Assembly: GCF_030028105.1 (NCBI RefSeq)
Contig: NC_092374.1
Location: 8,670,998 to 8,734,997, forward strand
Source: Mobula birostris
Lineage: Eukaryota
Direction: 5' to 3'
Length of the DNA stretch: 64,000 nt
Shown piece after piece: positions 1 through 12,204 of this stretch; the first letter of the stretch is position 1, and each line of letters begins with the position of its first letter. The notes beneath the pieces are model-generated. The model saw nothing but the letters and a program-made list of their open reading frames with translations. It made no database searches and was not told the DNA's origin. A program made the translations under genes and the position numbers.

Positions 1-345
1 GCGAGGATATTGAACAGGCCGTCTCTGCTCACAAGGTCGAAGGCCTTCGTAAGGTCAATGAAAGCGACATAGAGTGGTTGTCTTTGCTCTCTGCATTTCT
101 CTTGTAGCTGTCGAAGGGGGAAGATCATGACGACTGTGGAGCGTTCTGACCAGAAACCACACTGAGACTCGGGATATACACTTCGGCTATTTTCTGCAGT
201 CTATTCAGGACCACGCGGGTGAAGACCTTCCCACTGATGCTCAGCAAGGATATTCTTCTGTAGTTGTTACAGTCGCTTCTGTCCCCTTTGTTCTTATATA
301 TGGTGACAATGTTGCAGTCTCTCATCAGGGATAGTATCAATTCCA
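1..345 (-). mobile_element. RTE (BovB-like) LINE reverse transcriptase fragment
   Basis: Minus-strand translation MRDCNIVTIYKNKGDRSDCNNYRRISLLSISGKVFTRVVLNRL, continuing through a frameshift to LQEKCREQRQPLYVAFIDLTKAFDLV, typical of RTE-clade RT. Confidence 0.85.
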
Positions 346-350
346 AAGAA

Positions 351-2297
351 GAAACATACAAATTAGCCAGAACAAGTGGCTCACCTGAGGACTAGGAGAA
401 ATTCAGAGTCCAGCAGAGGAGGGCAAAGGGCTTAATTAGAAAGGGGAAAAAAGATTGAGAGAAAACTGGCAGGGAACATAAAAACTGACTGTAAAAGCTT
501 TTATAGATATGTGAAAAGAAAAAGATTGGTTAAGACAAATGTAGGTCCCTTACAGACAGAAACAGGTGAATTGATTATGGGGAACAAGGACATGGCAGAC
601 CAATTGCATAACGACTTTGGTTCTGTCTTCACTAAGGAGGACATAAATAATCTACCGGAAATAGTAGGGGACAGAGGGTCTAGTGAGATAGAGGAACTGA
701 GGGAAATACATGTTAGTAGGGAAGTGGTGCTAGGTAAATTGAAGGGATTAAAGGAAGATAAATCCCCAAGGCCAGATGGTCTGCATCCCAGAGTGCTTAA
801 GGAAGAAGCCCAAGATGTTGGACTAGTTCCTGAGGATTGGAAGGTGGCTAATGTAACCTCTCTTTTTAAAAAAGGAGGAGAGAGAAACCAGGGAATTATA
901 GACCGGTTAGCCTAACATTGGTGGTGGGGAAAATGCCAGAGTCAGTTATCAAAGATGTGATAACAGCACATTTGGAAAGCGGTGAAATCATCGGACAAAG
1001 TCAGCATGGATTTGTGAAAGGAAAATCATGTCTGACGAATCTCATAGAATTTTTTGAGGATGTAACTAGTAGAGTGGATAGGGGAGAACCAGTGGATGTG
1101 GTATATTTGGATTTTCAAAAGGCTTTTGACAAGATCCCACACAGGAGATTAGTGTGCAAACTTAAAGCACACGGTATTGGGGGTAAGGTATTGATGTGGG
1201 TAGCGAATTGGTTGGCAGACAGGAAGCAAAGAGTGGGAATAAACGGGACCTTTTCAGAATGGCAGGCAGAGACTAGTGGGGTACCGCAAGGCTCAGTGCT
1301 GGGACCCCAGTTGTTTACAATATATATTAAGACTTAGACGAGGGAATTAAATGCAGCATCTCCATGTTTGCGGATGACACGAAGCTAGACGGCAGTGTTA
1401 GCTGTGAGGAGGATGCTAAGAGGATTCAGGGTGACTTGGATAAGTCAGGTGAGTGGGCAAATTCATGGCAGATGCAATTTAATGTGGATAAATGTGAGGT
1501 TATCCACTTTGGTGGCAAAAACAGGAAAACAGATTATTATCTGAATGGTGGCCGATTAGGAAAAGGGGAGGTGCAACGAGACCTGGGTGTCATTATACAC
1601 CAGTCATTGAAAGTGGGCATGCAGGTACAGCAGGCAGTGAAAAAGGCGAATGGTGTGCTGGCATTCATAGCAAGAGGATTCGAGTACAGGAGCAGGGAGG
1701 TACTACTGCAGTTGTACAAGGCCTTGGTGAGACCACACCTGGAATATTGTGTGCAGTTTTGGTCCCTTAATCTGAGGAAAGACATTCTTGCCATAATGGG
1801 AGTACAAAGAAGGTTCACCAGATTGATTCCTGGGATGGCAGGACTTTCATATGAGGAAAGACTGGATCGACTAGGCTTATACGTGTTGGAATTTAGAAGA
1901 TTGAGTTTGAATCTTATTGAAACATATAAAATCCTAAAGGGATTGGACAGGCTAGATGCAGGAAGATTGTTCCTGATGTTGGGGAAGTCCAGAACGAGGG
2001 GTCACAGTTTGAGGATAAAGGGGAAGCCTTTTAGGACCGAGATTAGGAAAAACTTCTTCACACAGAGAGTGGTGAATCTGTGGAATTCCCTGCCACAGGA
2101 AACAGTTGAGGCCAGTTCATTGGTTATATTTAAGAGGGAGTTAGAAATGGCCCTTGTGGCTAAAGAGATCAGGGGGTAGGGAGGGAAGGCTGGTACGGGG
2201 TTCTGAGTTGGATAATCAGCCATGATCATACTGAATGACGGTGCAGTCTCGAAAGGCCGAATGGCCTACTCCTGCACCTACTTTCTATGTTTCTATG
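351..2297 (+). mobile_element. 5'-truncated CR1 LINE (ORF2 RT to 3' end), frameshifted
   Basis: ORFs 511-915, 918-1337, 1364-2179 with [38 protein letters not shown]; ends in TTTCTATGTTTCTATG tail. Confidence 0.95.
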
Positions 2298-2354
2298 ACA
2301 GTGAACTTGAACTTGACTTGAATCTACTCTGCACCCTCTCCGGTGTTACAGTTA

Positions 2355-2610
2355 CTGTACTGAAAGTGTTCAACAGCCTGAGCTGGTGTGTTTGACAGGG
2401 AATTCTACAGTGAGCCCTCTCCAGTGTAATACTGACTGTACTGAAAGTGTTCAACAGCCTGAGCTGGTGTGTTTGACAGGGAATTCTACAGTGAACCCTC
2501 TCCAGTGTAAATATTTACTGTACTGAAAGTGTTCAACAGCCTGAGCTGGTGTGTTTGACAGGGAATTCTACAGTGAACACTCTGTGGCCTGATAGTCACT
2601 GTATTGAAAG
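2355..2610. repeat. 81-82 bp minisatellite, about 3 copies
   Basis: Unit GTGTTCAACAGCCTGAGCTGGTGTGTTTGACAGGGAATTCTACAGTGAA... starts at 2366, 2447 and 2529; inverse of the array at 47340-47750. Confidence 0.95.
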
Positions 2611-2833
2611 TGTGCAATACCCTGATCCGGAAGAAGGTGGTTTCGTTTGGCTCTGTATATGTGTACAGTCAGGTGACAATAAACTTGAACCTGATTGCTG
2701 ATTTTCTGATGCAACGCTCTGTGCCTGTGTTGCTGCTGCAACTAGAGTTTCACTGCACCTGTGCAGACACGTCGGCAGACGTGCAGTGAAAATCGTACCT
2801 GCAGCAGCAATAAGTTCCGTTCCGCTCACCTCA

Positions 2834-3500
2834 TTATAGGAAGGATGAGGAAGCTTTAGAGAGGATGTAGAGGAGATCTACCAGGATGCTGCCTGGACCG
2901 GAGAGCATGTTTAATGAGGAAAGGTTGAGCGAACTGGAGACTTTCTCTTGGGAGTGAAGAAAGATCAGAGGTGAACAAGATGATAAGAGGCATAATCGAG
3001 CAGACAGCCAGAGACTTTTCCTGGGGTGGAAATGGCTAATATAAAGGGGCATCATTTTCAGGTGATTGGAGGAAAGTATAGGGGGGATGTCAGAGGCAGG
3101 TTCATTACACAGAGAGTGGTGGGTGTGTAGAACACCTCGCCAGGTATGTGTCAGAGGCAGGCACATTTAAGCACATTTTAGACAGTCGCCCATGTCTAAA
3201 AGGTCAAAGGGTAGAGGCCAGACTAAGAGTGTTCTGCATGGAGGTCGGTGACAAGTGGTGGTCCGTAGGGATCTGTACCGGGACCCCTCCTCTTTGTGAT
3301 TTTTATAAATGACACGGAGGAGGAAGTAGAAGGGTCGGTTTGTGCTTAAGAGACAACATTGGGAGATGTTGTGGATAGTCTGGAGGTCTGTCAGAGGTTA
3401 CAGCAGAACATCGATAAGATGCAGAACTGGGCTGAGAAGTAGCAGATGGACTTTACTCCAGATAAGTGTGAAGTGGTTCATTTCGGTAGGTCAAATTTGA
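2834..3500 (+). mobile_element. Old CR1 fragments
   Basis: Degenerate CR1 C-terminal coding piece (2840-3180) and RT piece (MDFTPDKCEVVHFGR, ORF 3446). Confidence 0.8.
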
Positions 3501-3504
3501 AGAC

Positions 3505-3553
3505 AGAGACAGAGAGAGAATCAGAGACAGAGACAGACAGAGCGCGCACGTGC

Positions 3554-3602
<49 letters not shown>
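3505..3602. repeat. (GA)n/(GACA)n microsatellite
   Basis: Direct reading; marks the junction where the V1 exon block is missing in this arm. Confidence 0.95.
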
Positions 3603-3606
<4 letters not shown>

Positions 3607-3734
3607 CGAACAGTGGTCGATTTTTGAACAACAAACAATCTGCATCTGTGGGGGTAAAAGAACACTGCAGTTTTGGTTTGCATCGGGACTGATAGAGGAC
3701 TGTTGAATAGCCAGAGGAAAAGGAAAGCGCAGTC

Positions 3735-6700
3735 TGCTGTGATTGATGGATTGAGCAAGGGAGAGTCAGGAGTCTGTGGTGATGGTAGATTGAGGAGGGA
3801 TAAGACAGGAGTGATATTATTCATGAACTGAGGAGGGGTGAAAAATGAGTCAGTGATTGATGGATTGAGTAGGGTTGAGACAGTAGTGTGAAGAGATAGA
3901 TGGATTGAGGAGGGGAGAGTCAGGAGTCTGAGATGATTCATGGATTGAGGAGGAGTGAGACTGGATTCTGAGGTGATAGATGGATTGAGGAGAGGGGAGA
4001 CAGGGGACTGTGGTGACTGAAGGATTGGGGAGGTATGATAAAGGAGTCTGAGTTTATTGATGGATTGCTGAGGAGTGAGAGAGAAGTCTGAAGTGATTTT
4101 TGGATTGAGGAGAGATAAGACAGGAGTTTGAGGCGATTGATCGATAGCGAAGAGGAGAGGCAGTGATATCAGGTGACTGAAGGATTGAGGAAATACGCGA
4201 CGAGACTGGGGTGATTGATGGATTGAGGAGGGGTGAGTCAAGAATCTGAAGTGATTGATAGTTGAGGAGGGCTGAGGCAAGAGTATTAAGTGATTGATGA
4301 ATTGAGGATGCGACATGAGTCTGAGATGATTGAAGGATTGAGGAGGAGTGAGACGAGTATGAGGTGATTGATGGATTGAGGAGGGGTCTGACTGGAGTCT
4401 CAGTTGATTGATGGATTATGGAGAGGTGAGACAGGAGACCCCTGTGATTCATGAATTGGGGAGGGGTGAGACAGAATTTTGATGTCACTGGTAGACTGAG
4501 GAGGGGTGAGCCAGGAGTCTGAGGTGGTTAGTGTACTGAGGAACAGGAAGACAGGAGTCTAAAGGTTGTGATGCATTGAGAACGATGACACAGGAGTATA
4601 ATTTGATTGATTGTTTGAAGAGTGGTGAGAGAGGAGTCTGAGGAGATTGATGGTTTGAGGAGGGGTGAGAGGTGTCTGAGGTGATTGATGGATAGAGGAG
4701 TGCTAAGACATTAGTCTCGGTTGATTGATGGATTGAGAAAGGTTGAGACAGGAGTCTGAGATGATTGATGGATTGATGATGAGTGAGACTCGGGTGATTG
4801 ACGGAAGGAGAAGTTATGAGAGGCATCAGTGGTGATTGGAAGATTGAAGAGGGGTGAGAGAGGAGTCTGAGGTGATTGATGGATTGAGGAGGTGTGAGAC
4901 AGTTTTCTGAAGTTTTTGTTGGATTGAAGATTTATGAGACGAGTTTGATGTGATTCATGTATTGAGGAGTGGTCAGACAGAATTATGACGTGTTTCGTGC
5001 ATTGAGGAGATGTGAGACAGGAGTCTGTGGTGATTGACGGATTGAAAAGAGCTGAAACGAAGTCTGAGTTGATTGATAGTTTGAGGAGGTGTGAGAAATG
5101 AGTCTGAAGCAATTAATGAGTTCAGGAAGTGTGAAACAGGATTCAGAAGTTTTTGAAGAATGAAGATTTGTGAGATGGGTCCGATGTGATTCCTCCATTG
5201 ATAAGTCGTCAGAGAGAAGTATGAGGTAATTGATGGATTTAGGAGGGTTGAGACAAGGGTCTGAGGAGATTGATAGTTTGAGGAAGTGTGAGACAGGAGT
5301 CTGATGTGATTGATGGATTGAAGAGGATTGAAACAGGGGTCTCAGGAGATTGATGGATTGAGGAGGGGTGAGACCGGTGTCTGAGGTGATTGATAGGTTG
5401 TAGATGGGTGAGACAGGTGTCTAAGGTAATTGATGGATTACCTCAATTAATCCATAATCGATAGAGGAGTCTGAGATGATTGATGGCTTTAGGAGGGTGA
5501 GATTTGTGTCTGAGGGAACTGATCGATTAAGGAGGGGTGAGACAGGATTGTCACGTGATTGATGGATTGAGGTGGAATGAGAAATGTCTGAGGTGATTGA
5601 TAGGCTGAGGAGGGGTGAGACAGGAGTCTGAGGTGACTGATGGTTTGAGGAGGAGTAAGACATGAATTTGAGGTGATTGAAGGATTGAGTAGGAGAGAAA
5701 CAGGAGTCTAAGGTGATTGATGAATTGAGGAGAGGTGAGACATCAGACTTGGCTAATTGATGGATTACGGAGGAATGAGAAAGGAGTCTCGATTGATTGA
5801 TAGATTGAGGAGGGTGAGACGGATGTCTGAGGTGATTGATGGATATTTCAGAGTTGAGACTAGAGATTGAAGTGATTGACGGACTGAAGAGTGGTGAGAA
5901 AGGATTCTGTGGTGATTGATGGATTGAGGAGCAATGAGAAAGGATTCTGAGCGTATTGGTGGATTGAGGAGGGGTGGGAGAGGCGTTTGAGTTGATTGTT
6001 GGATTTAAGAAGGGTGAGACAGGAGTGCGAGGTCATTGATGGATTGAGTTCAGGTGAGGCAGGACGATGACGTTTTTGATGGATTGAAGAGGTGTGAGGA
6101 AGCTGTCTGAGGTTATTGCTGGATATAGGAGGCATAGAACCTGTCTGAGGTGATCAATGGAATGAAGTGAGGTCCAACTTGAGTGAACCGATTGATGTAT
6201 TGAGGGGTGTGGTGAGACAGGAGTCTGTGATTGATTTATTGCGCAGGGGTGAGACAGGAGTCTAAGGTGATTGAAGGATTAAAGATGGGTGAGAAAAGAA
6301 TATGAGGCGTTTGATGGATTGAGAAGGGGGGAGACACGAGCCGGAGGTGATTGATGGTTTGAAGAGCGGTGAGACAGTATTCTTAGGTGATTGATGAATT
6401 GAAGAAGGGTGAGACAGTAGTCTGAAATGATTGATTGATGGATTGAAGAGGGGAGTGACAGAGTCTGACGTGATAGGAATATTGAGTCAGGGAGGTAGCA
6501 GTCTGAGGTGCCTGAGGGATTGAGGATGGATGAGAGAGGTGTCTGCGGTAACTGATGTGTTGAGGATGGGTGAGACAGGAGTCTGAGGTAATTGATGGAT
6601 TGTGAAGTGTTGAGCCAGGATTCTCAATGATTACTGGTTTGAGGAGAGGTGAGGCAGTGGTCTGAGCTGATTGATGGATTGAGATGGGGAAAGACAGAAG

Positions 6701-6745
6701 TCTGAAGTGATTGGAAGAATAAGGAGGGGTGAGGCAACAACGCCT
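3735..6745 (-). repeat. 40-bp degenerate tandem satellite (inverted copy of about 36215-39830)
   Basis: G-rich + strand, consensus GGATTGAGGAGGGGTGAGACAGGAGTCTGAGGTGATTGAT; colinear with the array at 35.9-39.8 kb. Confidence 0.95.
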
Positions 6746-7390
6746 TCTAATCCATCATCTAAATCTTTGATATACAGCATATCAATGCTGTATGGAATGC
6801 AGATAGAAGCGCTCCCAACACAGACACCAGCAGAACACCACTGGTCCCTGGGAGCTAACCAGAAAAAAGACACTTTTATTCAAATTCGCTGCTTCCCACC
6901 AATCAGCCAAAGTTCTAACCATTCCAGGAACTTTCCTGTAATATCATTTGTTCTTGGCAAGCAGCCTCATGTGTGGCACCTTATCAATGGCCTTCTGAAA
7001 GTCCAAATATGCAACTTCCAGTGCATATCCGTTATATATCCTACGTGTAATCTCCACATGGAATTCCAACAGGTTCGTCAGGAGAGATTTTCCCTTAAAA
7101 ACATACTGCCTTTGTCCTATCTTGTCTCCTGTCACCAAGTACCCCAGAACCTCATCCTTAACAACTGACTCCAACATCTTCAACCACTGAGGCCAGGCTA
7201 AATGTTCTACAGTTTCCGTTCTGCTGCCTTCCTCTTCTCTTAAACAGCGGAGTAATAATTGCAATTTTCCAGCCCTCTTGGACGATGCCAGAGTCCAGTG
7301 ATTTTTGAAATATCATCAGTAATGTCTCCACAATCTCTACCGCTAACTCTCGCCAAACCCTAGGGTGTAGTTCAGATAAGAGGTAAAAGG
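6745..7390 (-). mobile_element. CR1 RT fragments
   Basis: ORFs 6944-7264 and 7158-7436 (-): FKGKSLLTNLLEF, YLDFQKAIDK, LHPRVWRELAVEIVETL. Confidence 0.85.
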
Positions 7391-7619
7391 AGAAAGAAGT
7401 CAGTACAGGGTCTCCCGTGGTGATTCCCCTCAGCAACAGGAGGCATCCCCCTTTAAATAATGCTATGGGGCATGACCTATCTGGGCAACTGCAGCAGCGG
7501 CCAGACCAATAGCACTGTGGTCAGCTCTGAGCCTCAGAAGGGTAGTGTAACGTCGGGCTGAGCAATAGTCATAGGGTCTCGATTGTTAGGGTGGCGGATA
7601 GGATTCTAATGTAGGAGGG

Positions 7620-8135
7620 CTCCGGGAGCGTTGTTTGAATTACCTCGGAGTGCCGGAACAGTTACAGCAGAATTGAAGGACATTCTGCCCTCATTCTCTC
7701 TCCACAGCACCGTGAATTCCTTTGCAGACAGTTGCCCCGCTGCCAGTTGCAACGCCCAGTTCCTACCCCAGACCCGCTTTTCACTCTGAATTCTACTGGG
7801 GAGGAAACAATCTCTCCAGACAATAGTTTAGTTATTTGCGGATTCACGTTCATTCTATAAAGTAATCTCTAACTCCGTCCACCAATGGGAACAGCCTCCC
7901 TCAGTCCACATCGTTCATCATTTTAAATCATCCCCATTGCTCCCGAACCAGGTATCTCTCCGACCCCTGCCACTGTAAGGAGTTCATCCGGGAGTAAATT
8001 AGAACCAGGAGATTTCTCGACACCTCATAGATCTCACCGCCGTTGAATAAATTGGCGGACAATCTGCTTTAAACTGAACGCCTGATACTCCGCCACCGCC
8101 GATAGCCACCCACCCTCCAGGTTATCCAGGCTTCC
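7620..8135 (-). other. Diverged paralog of the receptor intron-1 block (about 29650-30200)
   Basis: Reverse complement shares colinear blocks such as GGGTGGCTATCGGCGGTG, CTGAGGGAGGCT(G/C)T(T)CCCATTGGTGGACGG and GGAATTCACGG(T/G)GCTGTG; about 70-75% identity by eye. Confidence 0.85.
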
Positions 8136-8139
8136 ATTC

Positions 8140-10985
8140 TGACCTCCATGCAGAATATGACCCGTCTACAACGATTCTTTGCCTCCTATGGTCAAGCAAA
8201 TTCTGGATCCCCAAAGCAATGTCCCCGTTGATTTGATGCCTCCTTACTTTATCAATAAGCTTTGCATGGGATACCTTATCAAATGTCTTGCTAAAATCCA
8301 TATATACATCCCTACCTTCATCAACGTGTTTAGTCACTGTCATAGTCCGGTCCGTGAAGTCCATATTCCGGTTCACGGTCCGGTCCATCAGCCCTTGCTC
8401 CAGGTTTTCCTATCTACCCTGTTTCTGTCCTTGTTGAGCTAATTGAGTCAGCTGATGCTCGTTGGGGCTGGCTGCATAAATACCTCCAGAGACCAGGGCG
8501 TGATTGCTGGATTGTTCTTGTCGTTACTCCTTGTATCCCTTCCTCTGCCTTCTGTTTCCTCGCCTGAAGCCTTGCTTTGTCTTGCCGGCAACTCTCGCCT
8601 CGCCTGAAGTTCTGTCTCGCCTTGCTTTGCCAGTAGCCTTGCCTTGTCTTGCTGTCTGGTCCTGGAGCCACCCTGTTCCTAGCTCCTTTCCTGTCCCTCG
8701 CCTCCGCCCAGGTAAGCCAGGCCGTCTTGCCTTTACCTGCGGTTGGTTCTGTCCCTTCCTGTCCCCTGCCTCCGCCCAGGTAAGCCAGGCCATCTTGCCG
8801 TTACCTGGGATTGGTTCTGTCCTTTCCTGTAACTTGCCCCTGTCGGGTGGTGATCCGCGCCTTGCCTAGGAGGAGCCTGCCAGGCCTCGCCTCAAGTCTC
8901 CAGCCTCGCTTCAAGTCTATAGCCTGCAGCCGCGCCTCAAGACTCCAGCCTCCATCCTTGCTTCGCCTCGGCTCCAGCCTCCAGCCGCGCCTCTAGTCAA
9001 GTCTCCAGCCTCCTTCCAAGCCTCGCCTCGTCTCTTGCCTAGCCTCGAGCCTGTAGACTCCAGCCTCCAGCCTCTAGCCTCTAGCCTCTTGCCAAGCCAA
9101 GTCTCTGGCCTCTAGCTTCTAGCTTGAAGACTCCAGCCTCGTCCTGCCTGCCTGCCAAACCTCGTCCTTGCCTAGTTCTGGGGTCCGAGCCAGAGGCAAG
9201 ACCCAGGTACTGGGTCCTTGTCCAGTCTCTGGTTCGGAATCCAAGCCCGGGCTCCTAGCTGTCTTGTTCAGTCCTGTTCCAGGTTCCTGGTTTTCCTGTC
9301 CATGTCCGTGCCATCGCCCTGTATCCTAGTACTTCAATGTCTGTGTCTTGCACTTGGGTCCGGTCCCAGCCACTGACCTTATGACAGTCACATCCTCAAA
9401 AAAATCAATCAGGCTCGTAAGGCACGACTTGCGTTTTTCAAAGCCATGCTGACTATTCCTAATCATTTTATGCCTCTCCAAATGTTCGTCAATCCTGCAG
9501 CTCAGGATCTTTTCCGTCAACTTACCAACCACTGTTGTAAAACTCACTGGTCTATAATTTCCTGGGCTATCTCTACTCCCTTCCTTGAATAAGAGAACAA
9601 CATCCGCAACCCTCTAATCCTCCGGAATCTCTTCCATCCCTGTTGATGATACAAAAATCATTGCTTAAGGCTCAGCTATCTCAACCCTCGCCTCCTGGTG
9701 TAGCCGAGGGAATATCCCGTCCGGTCCCGGTGACCTATCCAACTTGATGCTTTCCAAAAGCTCCAGCACATCTTCTTTCTTAATGACTCTATGCTCAAGC
9801 TTTTCAGTTCTCAGTAAGTCGTCCCTACAATCGCAAAGGTCCTTTTCTGTACTGAATACTGAAGCAAAGTATTCATTAAGCACATCCGCTACCTCCCGCA
9901 GTTCCATGCACACCTTTCCACTGTCACACTTGAATGATCTTATTCTCTCACATCTTATCCTCTTGCTCTTCACATAGTTGCAGAATGTCTTGGGATGTTT
10001 CTTAATCCCGCTCACCAAGGCCTTCACATGGCCCCTTCGGACTCTACTGATCTCATTCTTAAGCGTCTTCCTGCTAGCCTTATAATTTTCTAGATTTCTA
10101 TCATAACTTGTTTTTTTTTAACCTTTCGTAAACTTTTCTTTTCTTCTTGACTAGATTTCAGCAGCCTTTGTACACCATGGATTCTGTACCCTACCATCAT
10201 TCCGCTGTCTGAATGCAACATTTGCAGTACGCCACGCAAATATCCCTGAATATTTGACACATTTCTGTCATACATTTCCATGAGAACTTCTGCTCCCAAT
10301 ATTTGCTTCCAAGTTCCTGCCTGATAGCTTCTTAATTCCCCTTACTCCAATTAAACATTTTCCTGACCTGTCTGTTCTTATCAATCTCCAATGTTATGGT
10401 AAAGGAGATAGAATTGTGATCACTATCTCCAAAATGCCCTCCCACTGGGAGACATGACACCTGACCAGGTTCATTTCCCAATACCAGATCAAATATAGCC
10501 TGTCTTGTAGACTTATCTACAACTTGTGTCAGAAAACCTTCCTGCACACACCGAACAAACTGCACCCCATAAAAACCCATTGCGCCAGGGATATGTCAAT
10601 CAATATTGGGGAACTTAAAATTTCCCATTACGATAACCCAGTTATTATTGCACCTTTTCAGAATCTGTCTCCCTATCTGCTCTCAGTGTCCCTTTTACTA
10701 TTGGGTGGTGTATAAAAACACCCAGCAGTGTTTTTGTCCCCTCCCTGTATTTAACTTCCACCCACACAGACTCAGTACACAATCCCTCCATGTCTTCCTC
10801 CTTTTCTGCAGCCGTGACACTATCACTGATAAGCAATGCCCCGCCCCACCTTTTTTCCTCCCTCCCTGTCCTTTCTGAAACTTCTAAAACCTGGCAGTCG
10901 AAGTGGCCATTCCTGCCCCCGAACCATCCAGTTTCTGTAACAGCCTCAACATCATAGCTCCAAGTACTGATCCACGATTTAATCT
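8140..10985 (-). mobile_element. Decayed CR1 ORF2 (APE + RT) interrupted by a solo LTR
   Basis: APE residues (ISTWSYDVEAVTET, GNEPGQV, GDSDHNSI) and RT SCLTSLIDFFEDVT continuing as KHVDEGRDVYMDFSK on the other side of the LTR. Confidence 0.9.
8338..9386 (+). mobile_element. Solo LTR (Gypsy-like) with 5-bp TSD
   Basis: Ends TGTCAT...ATGACA; GTCAC at 8333-8337 and 9387-9391; TATA-like CATAAATA near 8476; internal short tandem repeats. Confidence 0.92.
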
Positions 10986-11284
10986 CACTTACAGTAATCA
11001 AGTTTTATAACATCGAGATACTGTAGCGTGCAAAAGTCTTATACCTAGGATACCGAAGACTTTAGCACAGCACTATATTTGACAACGTGAAGCGGAAAGC
11101 GAGTTTGTGAATCTGACAGGAGTAAAGGATGTTGGAAATGGCCAGCGTGGAGTGCTGCGGGAGGGGTGGCCGAGAAGGAATGCGACAGGAGGTGGGGGTC
11201 CTGCAGTTTCCATACCATGCAGTCATTCAACATGTTAGGATGCTCTTTATTTCACATCTGTAGAGGGCATAAGTATTGCTGTGC

Positions 11285-12170
11285 ATAGGCCATCTCTCTT
11301 CAGCCTCCGGGGAAAGAGTTTTCTTGACTTTCATTCACGATGTCGTCACTCGCAGAGCTCAGTCATTTTGGATTGGCAACAACATCCCCTTCACGGACTC
11401 CATCAGCGCAGGCGCATCACGAAGCTGTGTGCTCAGTCCCTGCTCTACTCACTTTACACTTCTGACTGTGTGGCTCAGCGCAGCTTCAATGCCTGTCTCA
11501 AGTGTGCTGACCACACCGTTGTCACCGGCTGAATCAAAGGTGGTGACGAATCAGCATATGAGATGGAGACTGAAAATCTGGCCGGGTGGTCCTGTAACAC
11601 AAACCTCTTACTCAATGTCAGCAAGACCAAGGAGCTGATTATTGGCTTCTGAAGGAGGAACCCAGAGGTCCATAAGCCAGTCCTCATCGGAGGATCAGAG
11701 GTGGAGAGGGTTAGCAACTTTAAATTCCTCCGTGTTATTATTTCCGAGAATCGGCCCTGGACCCGCCACCTATGTGCAATTGCAAAGCACCTCTACTTCT
11801 TTGTGTTTGCGAAGAGTCGGCACGACATCTAAAACGTCGCCAAACTTCTATAGATGTGAGGTGGTGAGTACATTGACTGGGTGCGTCACTGCCTGACAGG
11901 GAAACACCAATGCCCTTCAACGGAGAATCGTACAAATGTTATTGATCCGACAGAGTCCTTCACGGGTACAGCGTTCCTCACTATTGAACACATCTACACA
12001 GGAGGTTGATGCAGGAAAGTAGTATCTATCACCAGGGACCCCTACCACCCAGGACATGCTCTCTCTCATTGCTGCCATTGAGAAGAAGGTACAGGGGTCT
12101 CAGGACTTACAGAACGAGCGTCGGGAATACTTATTACCCCTCAAGCATCAGGCTCATGAACCAAAGGGAA
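11285..12170 (+). mobile_element. Rex1/Babar-type LINE RT and 3' fragment, degenerate
   Basis: RAQSFWIGNNI, CVLS(P)LLYSLYTSDCVA, LNVSKTKELII motifs across shifted frames. Confidence 0.8.
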
Positions 12171-12204
12171 TAACTTCATCAACTTCACTTCATCATTAGA
12201 TAAT

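Noticed and set aside
2355-2610. 81-bp repeats as a CRISPR array
   Set aside because: Units are contiguous with no unique spacers, there are no cas genes, and the context is eukaryotic.
3453-6873. Long Ser/Pro/Gln/His-rich ORFs (also 35816-39476) as mucin-like proteins
   Set aside because: They are translations of the 40-bp satellite; the period is not a multiple of 3, ORFs appear in all frames, and no splice context is evident.
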